Source: an uncultured Solirubrobacterales bacterium (GTDB lineage Bacteria; Actinomycetota; Thermoleophilia; Solirubrobacterales; Solirubrobacteraceae). Taken from it: DNA of 64,000 bases. Every line of letters starts with the position of its first letter. Position 1 is the stretch's first letter. The DNA lies in NCBI GenBank assembly GCA_963725265.1, contig CAVRXP010000002.1, positions 699,426 through 763,425 of the forward strand. Reading direction: 5' to 3'. Shown piece after piece: positions 18,996-31,790 of this stretch. The notes beneath the pieces are model-generated. The model saw only the letters and a program-made list of their open reading frames with translations. It made no database searches and was not told the origin of the DNA. A program made the position numbers and the translations under genes.

Positions 18996-20135
18996 ATGGA
19001 GCGCGAGTCGCTGGTCACACTGCCCGGGTCGCTGATCGCGCCCGGCCCTGGCCCCAGCGCATCCGACGGCTGGTCCGCGGTGTCCGCGCGGGAGGATGGG
19101 GCGGGCGTTCCGCGGCATGCGCTGACGGGCGATGGCGGTGTGAGTTCGCCGCCGGCACGCTTCGTGATGGGTGTCGACGGAGGTGCGACCAAGACGCTGG
19201 CGGCGGTGCTGGACCTGCACAGGGGCGCGCTCTATCTCGGCCACGGCGACTCCAGCAACCCGGATTCGGTCGGCGCGCAAGCCGCGACAGACTCGCTCGT
19301 GAAGGCCACCGACGAGGCGATCGGCCGCGCCGACATCGAGCGTGACAGTCTCGACGCGGCAGTGCTGGCGGTCGCGGGCACAGACACGGAGGCGCTCGCG
19401 GCGCACATGCGCGAACGCCTCCCTCAAACGTGGCTGGTGGTCAACGACGTCGTCGGCGCCTGGGCCGCGGCGACCGACGCCCGTCCAGGTGTGGGCGTGA
19501 TCTCGGGCACCGGCAGCAACGTGCTCGGCGTCGGTGTGGACGGGCGAACGTGGCGAGCAGGCGGCTGGGGCCACGTGCTCGGCGACGAGGGCAGTGGCTA
19601 CTGGCTGGCGCTGCAATCGATCAAGGCCGCGCTGGCCGACCGCGATGCCTCAGGTCCGCCGACGGCGTTGAGCGCGGCGACGACCGACTACTTCGGTGTG
19701 CAGAGCGTCGAGGCGCTGGCCACGCTCGTCTACGCCAAGCCTCTCTTCAAGGGCGATATCGCCGCGTTTGCGATCGAGACGGCGCGCGTAGCGCACGCGG
19801 GCGACGAGGTGGCGCGCGATCTGTACGTGCGGGCGGCCAAGGAGCTGGGAGTGCATATCGCTGCGGTGATCGAACAGACGGGCCTAACCGGCGAGTTCCC
19901 GGTCGGCTTGATCGGAAGCGCGTTCAAGGCGGGCGAGCTGTTCGTCGCGCCGCTCGCCGCCGCGATCCACGAGCTGGCCCCACAGGCCCGGGTGGCGGTC
20001 GTCGAGATGGCCCCTGTCGGCGGCTGCATGCTGCTGGCAGCGCTCGCGGCCGGGCGGCGCGAGGCGGTCGATCCCGCCCAGCTGAAGGCGCTGCTGGAGC
20101 ACGCGCTGGCGCAAGAGCAAGTCTTCAGAGAGTAA
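18996..20135 (+). CDS. BadF/BadG/BcrA/BcrD-type ATPase, N-acetylglucosamine kinase-like
   Basis: GVDGGATKT, VVND, ISGTGS, GGWGHVLGDEGSG. Confidence 0.92.
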   Translation: MERESLVTLPGSLIAPGPGPSASDGWSAVSAREDGAGVPRHALTGDGGVSSPPARFVMGVDGGATKTLAAVLDLHRGALYLGHGDSSNPDSVGAQAATDSLVKATDEAIGRADIERDSLDAAVLAVAGTDTEALAAHMRERLPQTWLVVNDVVGAWAAATDARPGVGVISGTGSNVLGVGVDGRTWRAGGWGHVLGDEGSGYWLALQSIKAALADRDASGPPTALSAATTDYFGVQSVEALATLVYAKPLFKGDIAAFAIETARVAHAGDEVARDLYVRAAKELGVHIAAVIEQTGLTGEFPVGLIGSAFKAGELFVAPLAAAIHELAPQARVAVVEMAPVGGCMLLAALAAGRREAVDPAQLKALLEHALAQEQVFRE

Positions 20136-21084
20136 GTCGGGCGCGAGTGGCGATCGCGCCGGGACCGACGCCGGCGACGCGCGCCGCCGCGGCCGCGTTG
20201 GCGAACGTGGCGGCCTCGAGCGGCTCGCGCCCTTCGCTGAGCGCGACGAAGAAGGCGGCGGCGAACACGTCGCCGGCACCGAGATCCTCGCGCGCCCGCA
20301 CCGGCCGCGGCACCCCGGTCTGCAGAGACGATCCAGGTGCGGGCACAGGCAGATGGACGGTCGCCGGCCGCGATCCGGCGGTCACCGCGACATACGCTCC
20401 ACCGCGGCGCGCGAGCGTGAACAGCGCGTGGCAGCTCCTACACTCCTCCTCGGAGATCACCGCTGCATCGAAGCGCGGCGGGAGCAGTTGCGGGTCCAAA
20501 TCGACAGCCGTAATGTCTCGGGCCAAAGCTTCGGGCGTGCCGACGGCGAGCGGCACGTCGCCCAGCAGCGACTGGGTATCCAGCTGCACCAGCGGCATTC
20601 CCTCGCGGGCATGCCCCGGTCGCATTCTCTCGCGGGCTTGCCACCGGCGCACGAGCCCTTGCGGTGTGAGGCCGACGAAGCGAGCCTGTCCACGCCAGCT
20701 GGTCGGCGTCTCGCGCGCGACGGGCGCAAGGTGCAGGATCCCAGTGTCGAGCGTAAGCGGCTCGACGATCGGCCCGGCCCAGGCGAGCAGCCGCTGCAAG
20801 CGCCGAGTCCCGGAGCCGCGTGTGCTCAGCGTGGTGGTCTGCTCTGCTGGGATGACGCGCAGGGCGACTTCGTCGCTGAAGCTTTCGAGCAGCGCGTATA
20901 TCTCGGCGGGGACGCCCTGGGTGACGATCAGTGTGCGTAGCCCCAGCCGCGCCGCCTGCAGCGCGCTATAGAAGGCGCTGCCGCCGGGCTGGGACGCGGC
21001 GCCGCCGGCGCGATCCTCGATCACGTCGCGCGTTACGTGCCCAACAGCGACATAGTCATAGCGTTTGTCTGGAGAGTTGGCCAT
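20125..21084 (-). CDS. PfkB-family carbohydrate kinase
   Basis: VGHVTRD, PGGSA, DLGAGDVFAA. Confidence 0.88.
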   Translation of the reverse strand: MANSPDKRYDYVAVGHVTRDVIEDRAGGAASQPGGSAFYSALQAARLGLRTLIVTQGVPAEIYALLESFSDEVALRVIPAEQTTTLSTRGSGTRRLQRLLAWAGPIVEPLTLDTGILHLAPVARETPTSWRGQARFVGLTPQGLVRRWQARERMRPGHAREGMPLVQLDTQSLLGDVPLAVGTPEALARDITAVDLDPQLLPPRFDAAVISEEECRSCHALFTLARRGGAYVAVTAGSRPATVHLPVPAPGSSLQTGVPRPVRAREDLGAGDVFAAAFFVALSEGREPLEAATFANAAAAARVAGVGPGAIATRARLTL

Positions 21085-21159
21085 AGCGGTGGGTTGGTCA
21101 GATCCCCAGAGCGGGTGGCTATGTTGACTTTTCCAAGGGGTATTGCTCGCGTTATAGCC

Positions 21160-23063
21160 TTAAGCGCGGGGAGGAATACGCACCGGCAGCTCGGCGCCGG
21201 CGATCGTGGCGGCGGCAAGGCGCCCGGTGAAGACGCATCCGCCGAGAAACGTCCCCTCCAGCGAGCGCTTGCCGTGCACGCCGCCGCCGCCGAAGCCGGC
21301 GGCCTCGCCGACCGCGTACAGCCCGGGGATCGGCTCGCCTGCGTGCTTGCCGCCATCGCCCGTGTCGCCCCCCTTGCCCGTGCCGCCCCCCTTGCCCGTG
21401 TCGCCCCCCTTGCTCGTGCCGCCCCCCTTGCTCGCGCCGGCCCCCATGCTGGCGCCGCCCCCCATGCCCGTGTCGCCCCCCATGCTCGCGCCGCCCCCCA
21501 TGCTCGCGCCGGCCCCCATACTCGCGCCCGTGCCAGAGCCTGCGTACAGCACACGGCAGCCGAGGTCGGTCTGGATGCCGCCAAGGCTCTTGCGCGCCAT
21601 CGGCTGCAGCCGGATCGCGATCAACGGCATCGCTTTGGGATCGACGATGCGCTGAAAGCGCGCGGTGCGCAGCCGGTCGCCGCGCCAGTTGCGCAATTGG
21701 CCGATGCGCCGCAGCTGGTCGTCGTTGAACAGCCCCTTGCCGCGCGCGATCGTCGCGTCGTAGCGGCCGATCTCGCGTTCGAGCACGGCGGCGTCGATCG
21801 CGCGCTCGCCACCCAGCTCGGCGGTCACATCGTTCATCCTCGCGGCCAGCTCTTCGAGCGAGCCGGCGCTCACGAAGTCGGGTGAACCGTCGAGGAAGTG
21901 TTCGATCAGGCGGCCCTTGCCCAGCAGTACGCTGAGCAGGAACGGCAGCAGACGTCGCTCGCGCAGGTGCGGATTGTGCTGGGAGCCAGACACATCCAGC
22001 TCGCGCTTGGCGATCTTGAAGTTGCAAACCAGCCACGAGTACTTGCGCTCGTCCTTGCACATGCGCTCGAGCGCGCTGTAGGCGTCGAACGTCGGCATCA
22101 CCGGCACAGGCCCATAGCGCCGCCCGTCCGGGTCGAGCATGACCCCAGAGCGCGGCGGGATCAGCTTGAGCCCATGACGCTCGCGCTGCGGTTTGGGATG
22201 GCGCACCGCGTCGGCGTAGTTCCACATGCGCGAGAGGTGCGTCACGTTGCCGCCGATCCTGCCCACCTCTTCGTGCATTGCGCCGTCAGCGTAATAGTGG
22301 GAGCCCATCAGCAGCTTCTCGGGCGCCGCCCCGAGCCGCTCGGTAGGCCATTCGCGGCGGACCAGATCGAGGTTGCCGCCGATCCCACCGGCGGCGATCA
22401 CGACGGCCTTGGCGGCACGAACCTCATAGTCGCCAGCCTCGCGGGGGAGTGCCGCGGACTCGATTTCAGAGGTGCCCGCGCGCGCGCGCGGGCCGGCGTC
22501 CTCGACGGTTACGCGACAGCCGACGGCTCGCCCCTCCTCGACGATCAGCCCCGTCACGCGCGAGCGCAGGCGCAACTCCAGCGCGGAGCGACGCGGATGG
22601 GCCTCGATCGCCCCCCAAACGGCCTGCACGAGCGCCTTGCCGGTCCCCCAGGTGAGGTGGAAGCGAGGCACCGAGTTGCCGTCGCCGAAGTTGCCGCGCT
22701 CGGCCCAGTTGACGACCGGAAAGAACTTCACCCCCAGCTCGCGCAACCAGCCGCCGACGTCGTCGCGAGCACGCGTCACGTACTGCTCGGCCCAGCGCCT
22801 CGGCCAGATGTCCTGCGGATCGAACTCGGCGATCCGCAGCCAATCCTCGAGCGCCAGCGCCTCGTTGTCGGGTATGCGCGAGCGGCGCTGCTCGGGCGAG
22901 TCGACCATGAACATGCCGCCGAACGCCTCGCGAGCAAGCCCCCCGATCTCCTGCGGCTCGCAGCGGTCGAGCAGCAGCACGTTGTGCCCGCTGCGCAACA
23001 GCTCGAGCGTGCTGACCAGCCCGGCCAGTCCGGCGCCGACGACGATCACGTCGGGCGACTCGC

Positions 23064-23067
<4 letters not shown>
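21160..23067 (-). CDS. FAD-binding dehydrogenase
   Basis: GAGLAG, RFHLTWGTG, KSLGG, LEGTFLGGC; start at MSESPDV. Confidence 0.9.
21349..21533. repeat. 18-bp degenerate tandem repeat (~10 copies) encoding Gly-rich hexapeptides
   Basis: GASMGA/GASMGG/DTGKGG units between RVLY and GEPIPGLYA. Confidence 0.9.
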
Positions 23068-24747
<1,680 letters not shown>

Positions 24748-24839
24748 TTAGCTCGGAGGACAATACCTTCAGCGAATCGTTTGCGATGGTGGTCTGTTGC
24801 GGGAGTCAGATCTTGGTCAGTCGCGGTGGACATAACTCG

Positions 24840-26300
24840 ATGGGTCGTGTGCGGCGGCTGCCGGCCGTCCTCGCCTGTGCGCTCGCATGCGCGTGGGCGT
24901 GCGCGTGCGCCTCTCAGCGGCGCAGGCGAGCCCCGCAGCGCGAGGCCATGCGACGCGGCTCGCCCTACCCGGCCGCGGCCCAGAACCCGCGCAGGCTCGC
25001 GCGCCCCAGCGAATACGCGCACAGCTCCTCCAACGGCGTCGGGGGCGTCTCGCCCGGCGCCTCCACTCCCGCGAGCGCACCGAGCGCCAAAACGCCGAGC
25101 AAGACGACCACGCCCACGACGACACAGCACCAAGAAGACCAAAACGCCGGCCAAGAAGAAGCCCAAGCCCGGCCTGCACGGCAACCCGGCACGCGCGCTA
25201 CTGGCTTTCCAGGCGATGCAGCAGAGCTTCTACATCCCCGGCACCGGCCTCTACGAGGGCGAACCGTACTCCTACCTGTGGCCGTTCTCGCAAGCGTTGG
25301 CGGCCACTGTCAGCGTCGCCAACATCCCAGGTCAGGCGGCCAGCGCGGCGAGCACCGACTCGCACGAACTGAAAGCGCGTATCGTCGGCCTGCAGAAGTA
25401 TTGGGGCGCACCGGTCGCCCGTCGCGGGCCAGGGCACCGGCGAACAGCCCGAAAGCGAAGAACACGGCGAAGGCCCGAACCGATCCGAAGCCGCGGGCAT
25501 CGCGCCGCCGTCGCTGCCCTCGTTCAACGGCGAGGTGGTGCCGCCCGGCGGCGCCAGCTACTACGACGACAACGAGTGGGTCGGAATCGAGCTGGTGCGC
25601 CTGTACAAGCTGCACCACGAAGCGGCGATGCTCGAAAAAGCCGAGCAGATCATGTCGTTCGTGATGGCCGGCTGGCAGACCAACCCGAAGCTCGCCTGTC
25701 CCGGCGGCGTCCCATTCTCGGATTCGCCAAGCAACACCGAACGCAACACGGTCACAGACGGCCCGGCCGCCGAGCTCGGCGTGCAGCTCTACAGCATCAC
25801 CGGCGACACGACATATCTGCAGTTCGCCGAGCAGGCCTACGAATGGGTGCGCGCCTGCCTGCGCACGCCGAGCGAACTGTATTACGACCATATCCGCCTA
25901 CACGGTGTGCTCGACACGACGCTGTGGAGCTACAACCAGGGCTCGATGATCGGCGCCGGCACGCTGCTCTACCAGGCCACCGGCAACGGCGCCTACCTCT
26001 ACCAGGCCCGCCAGACCGCCAAGGCCGCGCTCGCCTACTTCACGATCGGGCGACTGCTCTCGGAAAACCCGTTCTTCCCGTCGGTCTACTTCCGCAACCT
26101 GATGTACCTCGACTCGGTCACGCACGACCCGCCGGGCCCGAGGCTCGCCCAGGAATACATCAACAGCGTGTGGGTGCATCAGCGCCTGAGCGACAACCTG
26201 TTCGCGTTCGGCTCGCCGCCGTCCACGCAGCTCTTGGATCAAGCGGCGGTCGTGCAGATCTATGCGCTGCTTGTCCACGCCGGCCGGCACGTACTTCTGA
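24840..26300 (+). CDS. Secreted glycoside hydrolase family 76 protein, frameshifted
   Basis: Signal-like N-terminus, YLWPFSQ, YYDDNEW, WSYNQG in successive frames. Confidence 0.85.
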
Positions 26301-26305
26301 GTGCG

Positions 26306-26331
26306 GTGCCCCCCGCGCGCGCGGGGGGCAC
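26306..26331. repeat. REP-like palindrome, intergenic copy
   Basis: GTG-CCCCCC-GCGCGCGC-GGGGGG-CAC. Confidence 0.85.
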
Positions 26332-26400
26332 AGCGGTTTTGGAAGGACTTGGCACACCCCCTGAGCGCGGCGAGGCAAGGCCGAGTAGGCTAGGCGGCAG

Positions 26401-26874
26401 ATGACGACCGACGCCGCCAACATGGTCACCGCCGCGGGCCTGCAAGAGCTGGAAGCCGAACTGGCTGCGCTGGAGGGCGAGGGTCGTCGCGAGATCGCCG
26501 AGCGCATCAAAACCGCGCGCGAGTGGGGCGACCTCAAGGAGAACAGCGAGTATCACGACGCCAAGAACGACCAGGCGCATCTGGAGACGAAGATCGCGAA
26601 ACTGCGCGAGCGGATCTCAGCGGCCGAGGTGGTCGAGGCCGTACAGGCCAGCGACGGTGCCGTCGCGTTCGGCTCGACCGTGGTGGTTCGCGACGAGGCG
26701 GGCAAGGAGCGCAGCTGGCAGATCGTCAGCTCGCACGACGCCTCGCCGTCAGATGGGCGGCTGTCGGCGGACTCGCCGGTTGCCCGCGCCCTGCTCGGAC
26801 GTCGTGCCGGCGAGCGGGCTGCCGTTGCGCTCCCCAAGGGCGAGAGCGTGCTCACCGTTGTAAGCGTAAGCTGA
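26401..26874 (+). CDS. greA: Transcription elongation factor GreA
   Basis: GDLKENSEYHDAK, SADSPVARALLG. Confidence 0.93.
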   Translation: MTTDAANMVTAAGLQELEAELAALEGEGRREIAERIKTAREWGDLKENSEYHDAKNDQAHLETKIAKLRERISAAEVVEAVQASDGAVAFGSTVVVRDEAGKERSWQIVSSHDASPSDGRLSADSPVARALLGRRAGERAAVALPKGESVLTVVSVS

Positions 26875-28309
26875 GCGCCGCGCCGCGGCTTCCTCCTTGC
26901 GTCGGTAGAGACGCTGGTCGGCGAGCTGCAGGATCGTGGCCGGGTCGGCCACCTCGGCGGGAATCATCACCGAACCGTGCGAGGCGGTGATCGAGAAGTT
27001 GGGGGCATGCTCGCAGAGCGCCGCGACGCTCAGCTGCGACGAGATTCTCCTGTTCGGACAACGAGCGGTCGAACAGCACGCAGAACTCGTCGCCGCCCAT
27101 CCTGTAGGCGCTGCCGTGCGGCTCCACGGCGCTTTTCAAGCGCGCGCTCAAGTGCACCAGCAGCGTGTCGCCCGCCGGGTGGCCGAAGGTGTCGTTGTAG
27201 AGCTTGAAGCCATCCAGGTCGTAGAGCACCAGCTCCCACGGCTCGTGTCGGGCGGCCGACTTGCACGCAAGGCGCAGATCGCCCATCAGCAGGCGTCTGT
27301 TGCCCAGCCCGGTGAGCGGGTCGGTGAGCGACAGGCGCCGCGAATGCGCAAGCAGCAGCAGGTTCTCGCGCAGCGTGAAGATCAGGTGCACGCCCACAGC
27401 AAGCACGGTCGCTCCGGCCAGGATCAGAGCGGGGAGCGTCAGGCGCGGGCCGACGTTGCCGTACACGAGCACCCCAAGCGCGCTGAGCAGGGCGAGCGCC
27501 GGCACCGACATCATCTGCCAGCTCTTCATGTGTCGCGGCTGCACGCGTGTCGTCGGCATCCAGGCGGCGGTCGCCAGCAGGATCGCCGCCAGCGGCCACA
27601 GGCATTCAAGCCACGTGCCCGCCTGATAGGAGTCGGTGGCGGTCTGGTAGACGTAGGTCGAGTCGGCCACGCCGCTGACGAGCATGCTCAAAGCGATCAG
27701 CAGCCACAGGTTGCCAGCGCGCCAGCCGGTGATCGACAGCGCGCCGACGGCGAACATCATCAGCAGCATGTCGCCGATCGGGTAGGCCAGCGAGACGATG
27801 ATCGAGCTGTGCGTGCCGGTGGCGCCGCCGAGGATCGGGGGTAGGATCAGGGCCCCCGCGACGCTTGCGGCACCGAGCCCGGCGATCAGTCCGTCGAGCC
27901 ACATGCTGAGGCGCAGCTCGCGCAGGTGGCGCCTGGCGAGCAGCCCAAGGGCAACATAGAAACAGGGGTACATCGCCAGGAAGAGCACGTCGGCGAAGGA
28001 GACGCTGCCGCCGGCTTCGGCGCTCGTGCCTTCGATGTAGAGCGAGTAATACAGTTCGCCAAGGCTCCAGGACAAAAGCCCGACGCCCATCGCCGTCCAG
28101 GCCGCACGGTCCGCGCGCACGAACGCGGCGCGCGCCAGTACGACCACCGCCGAGCCGAGCATCAGGATGTTGTAGATCCAATCCTGGAAGAGCCCCTCGC
28201 CCCCCGGGCCGCCGAAGCCGACGGTCGTGTGCAGGGCATACACGCCCAAACCTCCGATCAGGGAGGCCAGGACGAGCGTCGAGGGATGGAGTCGAGGTAG
28301 TGCGCGCAT
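26852..28309 (-). CDS. Membrane-bound diguanylate cyclase, frameshift near the C-terminus
   Basis: Multi-TM sensor, TDPLTGLGN, DLDGFKLYNDTFGH, GGDEF; ADQRLY lies in another frame. Confidence 0.9.
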   Translation of the reverse strand: MRALPRLHPSTLVLASLIGGLGVYALHTTVGFGGPGGEGLFQDWIYNILMLGSAVVVLARAAFVRADRAAWTAMGVGLLSWSLGELYYSLYIEGTSAEAGGSVSFADVLFLAMYPCFYVALGLLARRHLRELRLSMWLDGLIAGLGAASVAGALILPPILGGATGTHSSIIVSLAYPIGDMLLMMFAVGALSITGWRAGNLWLLIALSMLVSGVADSTYVYQTATDSYQAGTWLECLWPLAAILLATAAWMPTTRVQPRHMKSWQMMSVPALALLSALGVLVYGNVGPRLTLPALILAGATVLAVGVHLIFTLRENLLLLAHSRRLSLTDPLTGLGNRRLLMGDLRLACKSAARHEPWELVLYDLDGFKLYNDTFGHPAGDTLLVHLSARLKSAVEPHGSAYRMGGDEFCVLFDRSLSEQENLVAAERRGALRACPQLLDHRLARFGDDSRRGGRPGHDPAARRPASLPTQGGSRGAALSLRLQR

Positions 28310-28572
28310 CGGGTATGCGGGTCGCCACTTACATCGGCTATTCACGGAAAAACCCTGAGCGGATCAGGGGATTTGGCACGAGTTGGCGGATTGCGGCGAG
28401 GGCCGCACAAGCGGCCGACCGCCATCCAGCCGAGTTGGCTCGCCGCCGGCGCGGGCGGCCTGGGTCAGTCGGCCAGCGCGCGGCCGCCCACGATCCGGCC
28501 AGACCGGCTCGTTGCTGGCGGCGTGGGCGGCGCGGGCGGCGTGGGCGGCGCTGGCGGCGCGGGCGGCGCGGG

Positions 28573-29436
28573 TTAGTCGGCCAGTGCGCGGCGGATGCGC
28601 CGCGTGAACTCGGCGGGCTTGCGTTTGTACAAGCGACCCCCCAGCGCGAGCGCACGTTTGCGCAAGCGCCGGCGTCTGTGCTCGATCAGCTCGAGCAACT
28701 CGGCCATGGCCACGGTGTCCGCGGCGAAGGCTTGGGGATGCTCTTCGACATAGGCGCCGAGCATCCACAGGTCGTGCTCGCTGCCGAGCAAGTCCCCCAG
28801 GCGGTTGGCGCGGCGCGTAGCGCGGCGTGCGCCTTTGACCTTCTTGGCTCCAAGCATGTCGAGCGCGTAGTAGAGACTCTTGACGCGCTTGCGCCAGTCG
28901 TGAACATCCTGCTCGTCGCCTCCTTGGGCCTGTGCGCAGCGGACATAGCGGTGGCGACCTTCGCGATAGATGCGCTGCAACCCGGGGGCAAGCGTGTCGA
29001 AGCCGGTGTCGACCAGGCTCCAGTGCGCCAGTTGGTCGCGCATCGCGGCGATGTCCGCAAGCACGTTGTCGATATCCGCCGGCGGCTGGCCATCGCGCGA
29101 GCGCTCACGCTGTAGTTGCTGCTCCAGCAATCCGATCCCCTCGTGCCTCCCCTCTGTGGGGGCTGGAGAGGCAAGCGCGCGGGGGTGGCGTTCGATCAGC
29201 TCTTGCAGCGTCGCAAGGCGCACGTCGGCGTCGCGCGCTCCCGCCAGGCGCCGGCCGGCCTCGCGTAGCGAGGCGTTGACGCGTTTGAACTCCTGCTCGC
29301 CCAGTTGCTCTCGCAACAGCCGTGCGAGTGCGCGCATGCGCTTGATCGTCTTGCGCGCCTCGTGCACCAGCTCGGCGGGATCCGCCGCCTGTGCGCTCAT
29401 CCGACCGTCCTCGATTGGGTTGCTTGCGATAGCCAT
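28573..29436 (-). CDS. CHAD domain protein
   Basis: VHEARKTIKRMRA, RDADV, HDWRKRVK, LGSEHDL. Confidence 0.9.
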   Translation of the reverse strand: MAIASNPIEDGRMSAQAADPAELVHEARKTIKRMRALARLLREQLGEQEFKRVNASLREAGRRLAGARDADVRLATLQELIERHPRALASPAPTEGRHEGIGLLEQQLQRERSRDGQPPADIDNVLADIAAMRDQLAHWSLVDTGFDTLAPGLQRIYREGRHRYVRCAQAQGGDEQDVHDWRKRVKSLYYALDMLGAKKVKGARRATRRANRLGDLLGSEHDLWMLGAYVEEHPQAFAADTVAMAELLELIEHRRRRLRKRALALGGRLYKRKPAEFTRRIRRALAD

Positions 29437-29483
29437 TACGTACCACTGCCCACAGACCAGGCTATCGCCGCGAGAATGCTGTG

Positions 29484-29768
29484 ATGTCGAAGTTGCCCGC
29501 AGCGCGCTGGTGGACGGTGCGCTCCACCCACAGCAACAAGCCCGCGACCTACCGTTGTCCGATCTGCGGGCGCCACCTGCCGGCGCTGAGCGAGCATGTG
29601 CTGATGTTCCCCGAAGACGACAAAAGCCGTCGGCGTCACGCCCACACGAAGTGCGTGCTGGCGGCGCGCCAGCGGGGAGAGCTGCTACTGCGCGAAGACT
29701 GGCTGCGCACCCAGCCGAAGCCGCCCTCGCTGTGGCGGCAACTGCTGGCGCGCGTCAAAGGGGAGTAG
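29484..29768 (+). CDS. Small hypothetical protein, possible Zn finger
   Basis: YRCPIC...H...HAHTKC. Confidence 0.75.
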   Translation: MSKLPAARWWTVRSTHSNKPATYRCPICGRHLPALSEHVLMFPEDDKSRRRHAHTKCVLAARQRGELLLREDWLRTQPKPPSLWRQLLARVKGE

Positions 29769-30170
29769 TCACCCTCCGCTGACGTGCACGTATTCCGGGT
29801 CGACGCGCACGATCACGCGCTGTTCGCCCGGTTGGCGGAAGGGATAGGACTCCTTGCCCAGGTACTTCATCGCAAGCGAGTCGATGTGCGCGTCGGCCCC
29901 GTCGGTCGTGCGTGCGCCCACGCGACCGCGGATCGTCACGTATTCGTAGGGATTCTCCATGTTCTGCACGGTCAGCGTCACACGTGGGTCGCGCTCGAGA
30001 TTGCGGGGCCAGGCGCGTCCTTCGGCGGTGTTCAGAAGCGGATGCCCGTCCTGCACGTCAACCCAGGCCGGCGCCGCGTGCACAGAGCCGTCGGGACGAA
30101 TGGTGGACACGAGCACGAAGTTCTTGTCTTTGAGCAGTTCCTCGGCGCGCCCTTCGATCGCTTGGCTCAT
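29769..30170 (-). CDS. PPOX-class F420-dependent oxidoreductase
   Basis: STIRPDGS, NLERDPRV, HIDSLAMKY. Confidence 0.9.
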   Translation of the reverse strand: MSQAIEGRAEELLKDKNFVLVSTIRPDGSVHAAPAWVDVQDGHPLLNTAEGRAWPRNLERDPRVTLTVQNMENPYEYVTIRGRVGARTTDGADAHIDSLAMKYLGKESYPFRQPGEQRVIVRVDPEYVHVSGG

Positions 30171-30246
30171 CGGATCCCCTTTCGGGTCGCAGTGGTCAGG
30201 GCTCGTGTGAGCCCACGCGAAGCAATCTACCCGCCTGCGCGACCGC

Positions 30247-30906
30247 TTAGCCGCCGTTGCGCGCGGATGCGGAGGGGATCGGATCGAGTGCGACGAGGCG
30301 CCCGTTGTTCAACTGAAAGCGCACGGTCTTTTCGCCGCTGGGTTTGCCGAGTGGGTCGCCGCTCTTGTAGAGGGAATAGGCGAGCGTCACTTCGGTGTCG
30401 CTCTGTCCGACCACCTTGACGGTCGCGCTGGGTTCGCTCGTGTCGGTGCCGGCGTAGCGCCCGTCCACGAAGAAGAAGGCCTGCTGGCCGGAGCCGGCGC
30501 GGGTGCCGACGAGCACGCGCAGCGTCTGTTCGGGACGGTAGGTGGAGGTTTCGCCGACGCTGTAGCCGTGCGCTTTGACAAGGCTCACGGCGGCCGCCAA
30601 CCCTTCGACGCCGCTGGATTCCTTGGTGAATGCGGGCGCGGTCGTGGTACGCGTAGCTTCCGCGCCGCCGGTGCCGTTCGCGTTCGTGCTCGTGCTCGTG
30701 TTCGTGTTCGTGCTGGTGCCAGCAGGCGTAGTGGTGGTGGGGGAGGAACTGGTCGTGCCGGTGGTGCCAGTGCGCTGTGGCGCACGTTCGGAGGGCAGAG
30801 AACTGGAAACGGACACCGTTTTCGTGCCCGAGGAGCCACAGCCGCCGCTCGCCAACACGACCGCAGCCGTGGCGAGCAACAGCGGTAGACGTAGTCTCGC
30901 GTTCAT
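30247..30906 (-). CDS. LppP/LprE-like lipoprotein
   Basis: Lipobox-like GGC, Thr-rich linker, QQAFFFVDGRYAGTDT. Confidence 0.85.
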   Translation of the reverse strand: MNARLRLPLLLATAAVVLASGGCGSSGTKTVSVSSSLPSERAPQRTGTTGTTSSSPTTTTPAGTSTNTNTSTSTNANGTGGAEATRTTTAPAFTKESSGVEGLAAAVSLVKAHGYSVGETSTYRPEQTLRVLVGTRAGSGQQAFFFVDGRYAGTDTSEPSATVKVVGQSDTEVTLAYSLYKSGDPLGKPSGEKTVRFQLNNGRLVALDPIPSASARNGG

Positions 30907-31121
30907 CGTGCTCCCCCTATTCGTCGTTGCCCCCTTTCATCCTCGCAGCGGTCTACCGTTTGCGCGCCGGGTGGAGCGGGGTCAGGTGGGTCGTGCAAGC
31001 TGGGCGAGGGATCGTCGTCGTTGCGCGCCGGGTCGTCCGCGTGGCGGGACTCGCGCGAGGCGACGCACCCTGACCTTGCGTAAGAGCGTTCGGCAGGAGA
31101 AGAAACATTTCCCAAAAATTA

Positions 31122-31135
31122 TTAGCGACCGCTAA
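31122..31135. promoter_or_regulatory. Candidate TetR operator
   Basis: TTAGCG-AC-CGCTAA palindrome upstream of the tetR gene. Confidence 0.6.
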
Positions 31136-31181
31136 GTTGAACGCTGGGGAAGATCGGACCTGCAATCATCGGAGATGCGCA

Positions 31182-31781
31182 ATGACAGCTCAAACAAAGC
31201 CGACAAGCCACAATCGCACGAGGATCCCGGCGGCCGAGCGACGCGAGGCGCTGATCGCCGCGGCTGTGCACGAGTTCGCGCTCACGGGCCTGCACGGCAC
31301 GCCGGTGGAGCGCATAGCGAGAAGGGTGGGAGTGGCCCAGCCGTACGTCTTCAGCCTGTTCGCGGGCAAGCGGGCTCTGTTCCTGGCGGCCGTCGATCAC
31401 TGCTTCGCACGCTTCGCCGAGACCTTCAGCCAGGCCGCGGCCGAATATCGCGCCGGGCAGGCGCCGCGGGACTGCGAGGACGTGCTGATGGCGATGGGTC
31501 TTGCCTATAAGCAGCTGCTGGAGACCGACCGCGACTACCTGATGCTCCAACATCAGGCCTACGCGGCCTGCGACGACGAGTTGGTGCGAGCAAGAGTGCG
31601 CCGGCGCTACGCCGAGCTGGTGGCGTTCGTGCAGGAGCTATCCGAAGCCCCCCCAGAGCGCCTGGACGACTTCTTTCGCCACGGTATGGCCCTCAATGTG
31701 GCGGCGGCGATGGGCGTGGCAGAGCTGTCGGCCGACTGCTCGTGGGTGCAGGCCGAGCTTGCTGCCCGGTCGAGCGGTTAG
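31182..31781 (+). CDS. TetR/AcrR regulator
   Basis: IARRVGVAQPYVFSLF HTH. Confidence 0.92.
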   Translation: MTAQTKPTSHNRTRIPAAERREALIAAAVHEFALTGLHGTPVERIARRVGVAQPYVFSLFAGKRALFLAAVDHCFARFAETFSQAAAEYRAGQAPRDCEDVLMAMGLAYKQLLETDRDYLMLQHQAYAACDDELVRARVRRRYAELVAFVQELSEAPPERLDDFFRHGMALNVAAAMGVAELSADCSWVQAELAARSSG

Positions 31782-31790
31782 CATCAGCTT

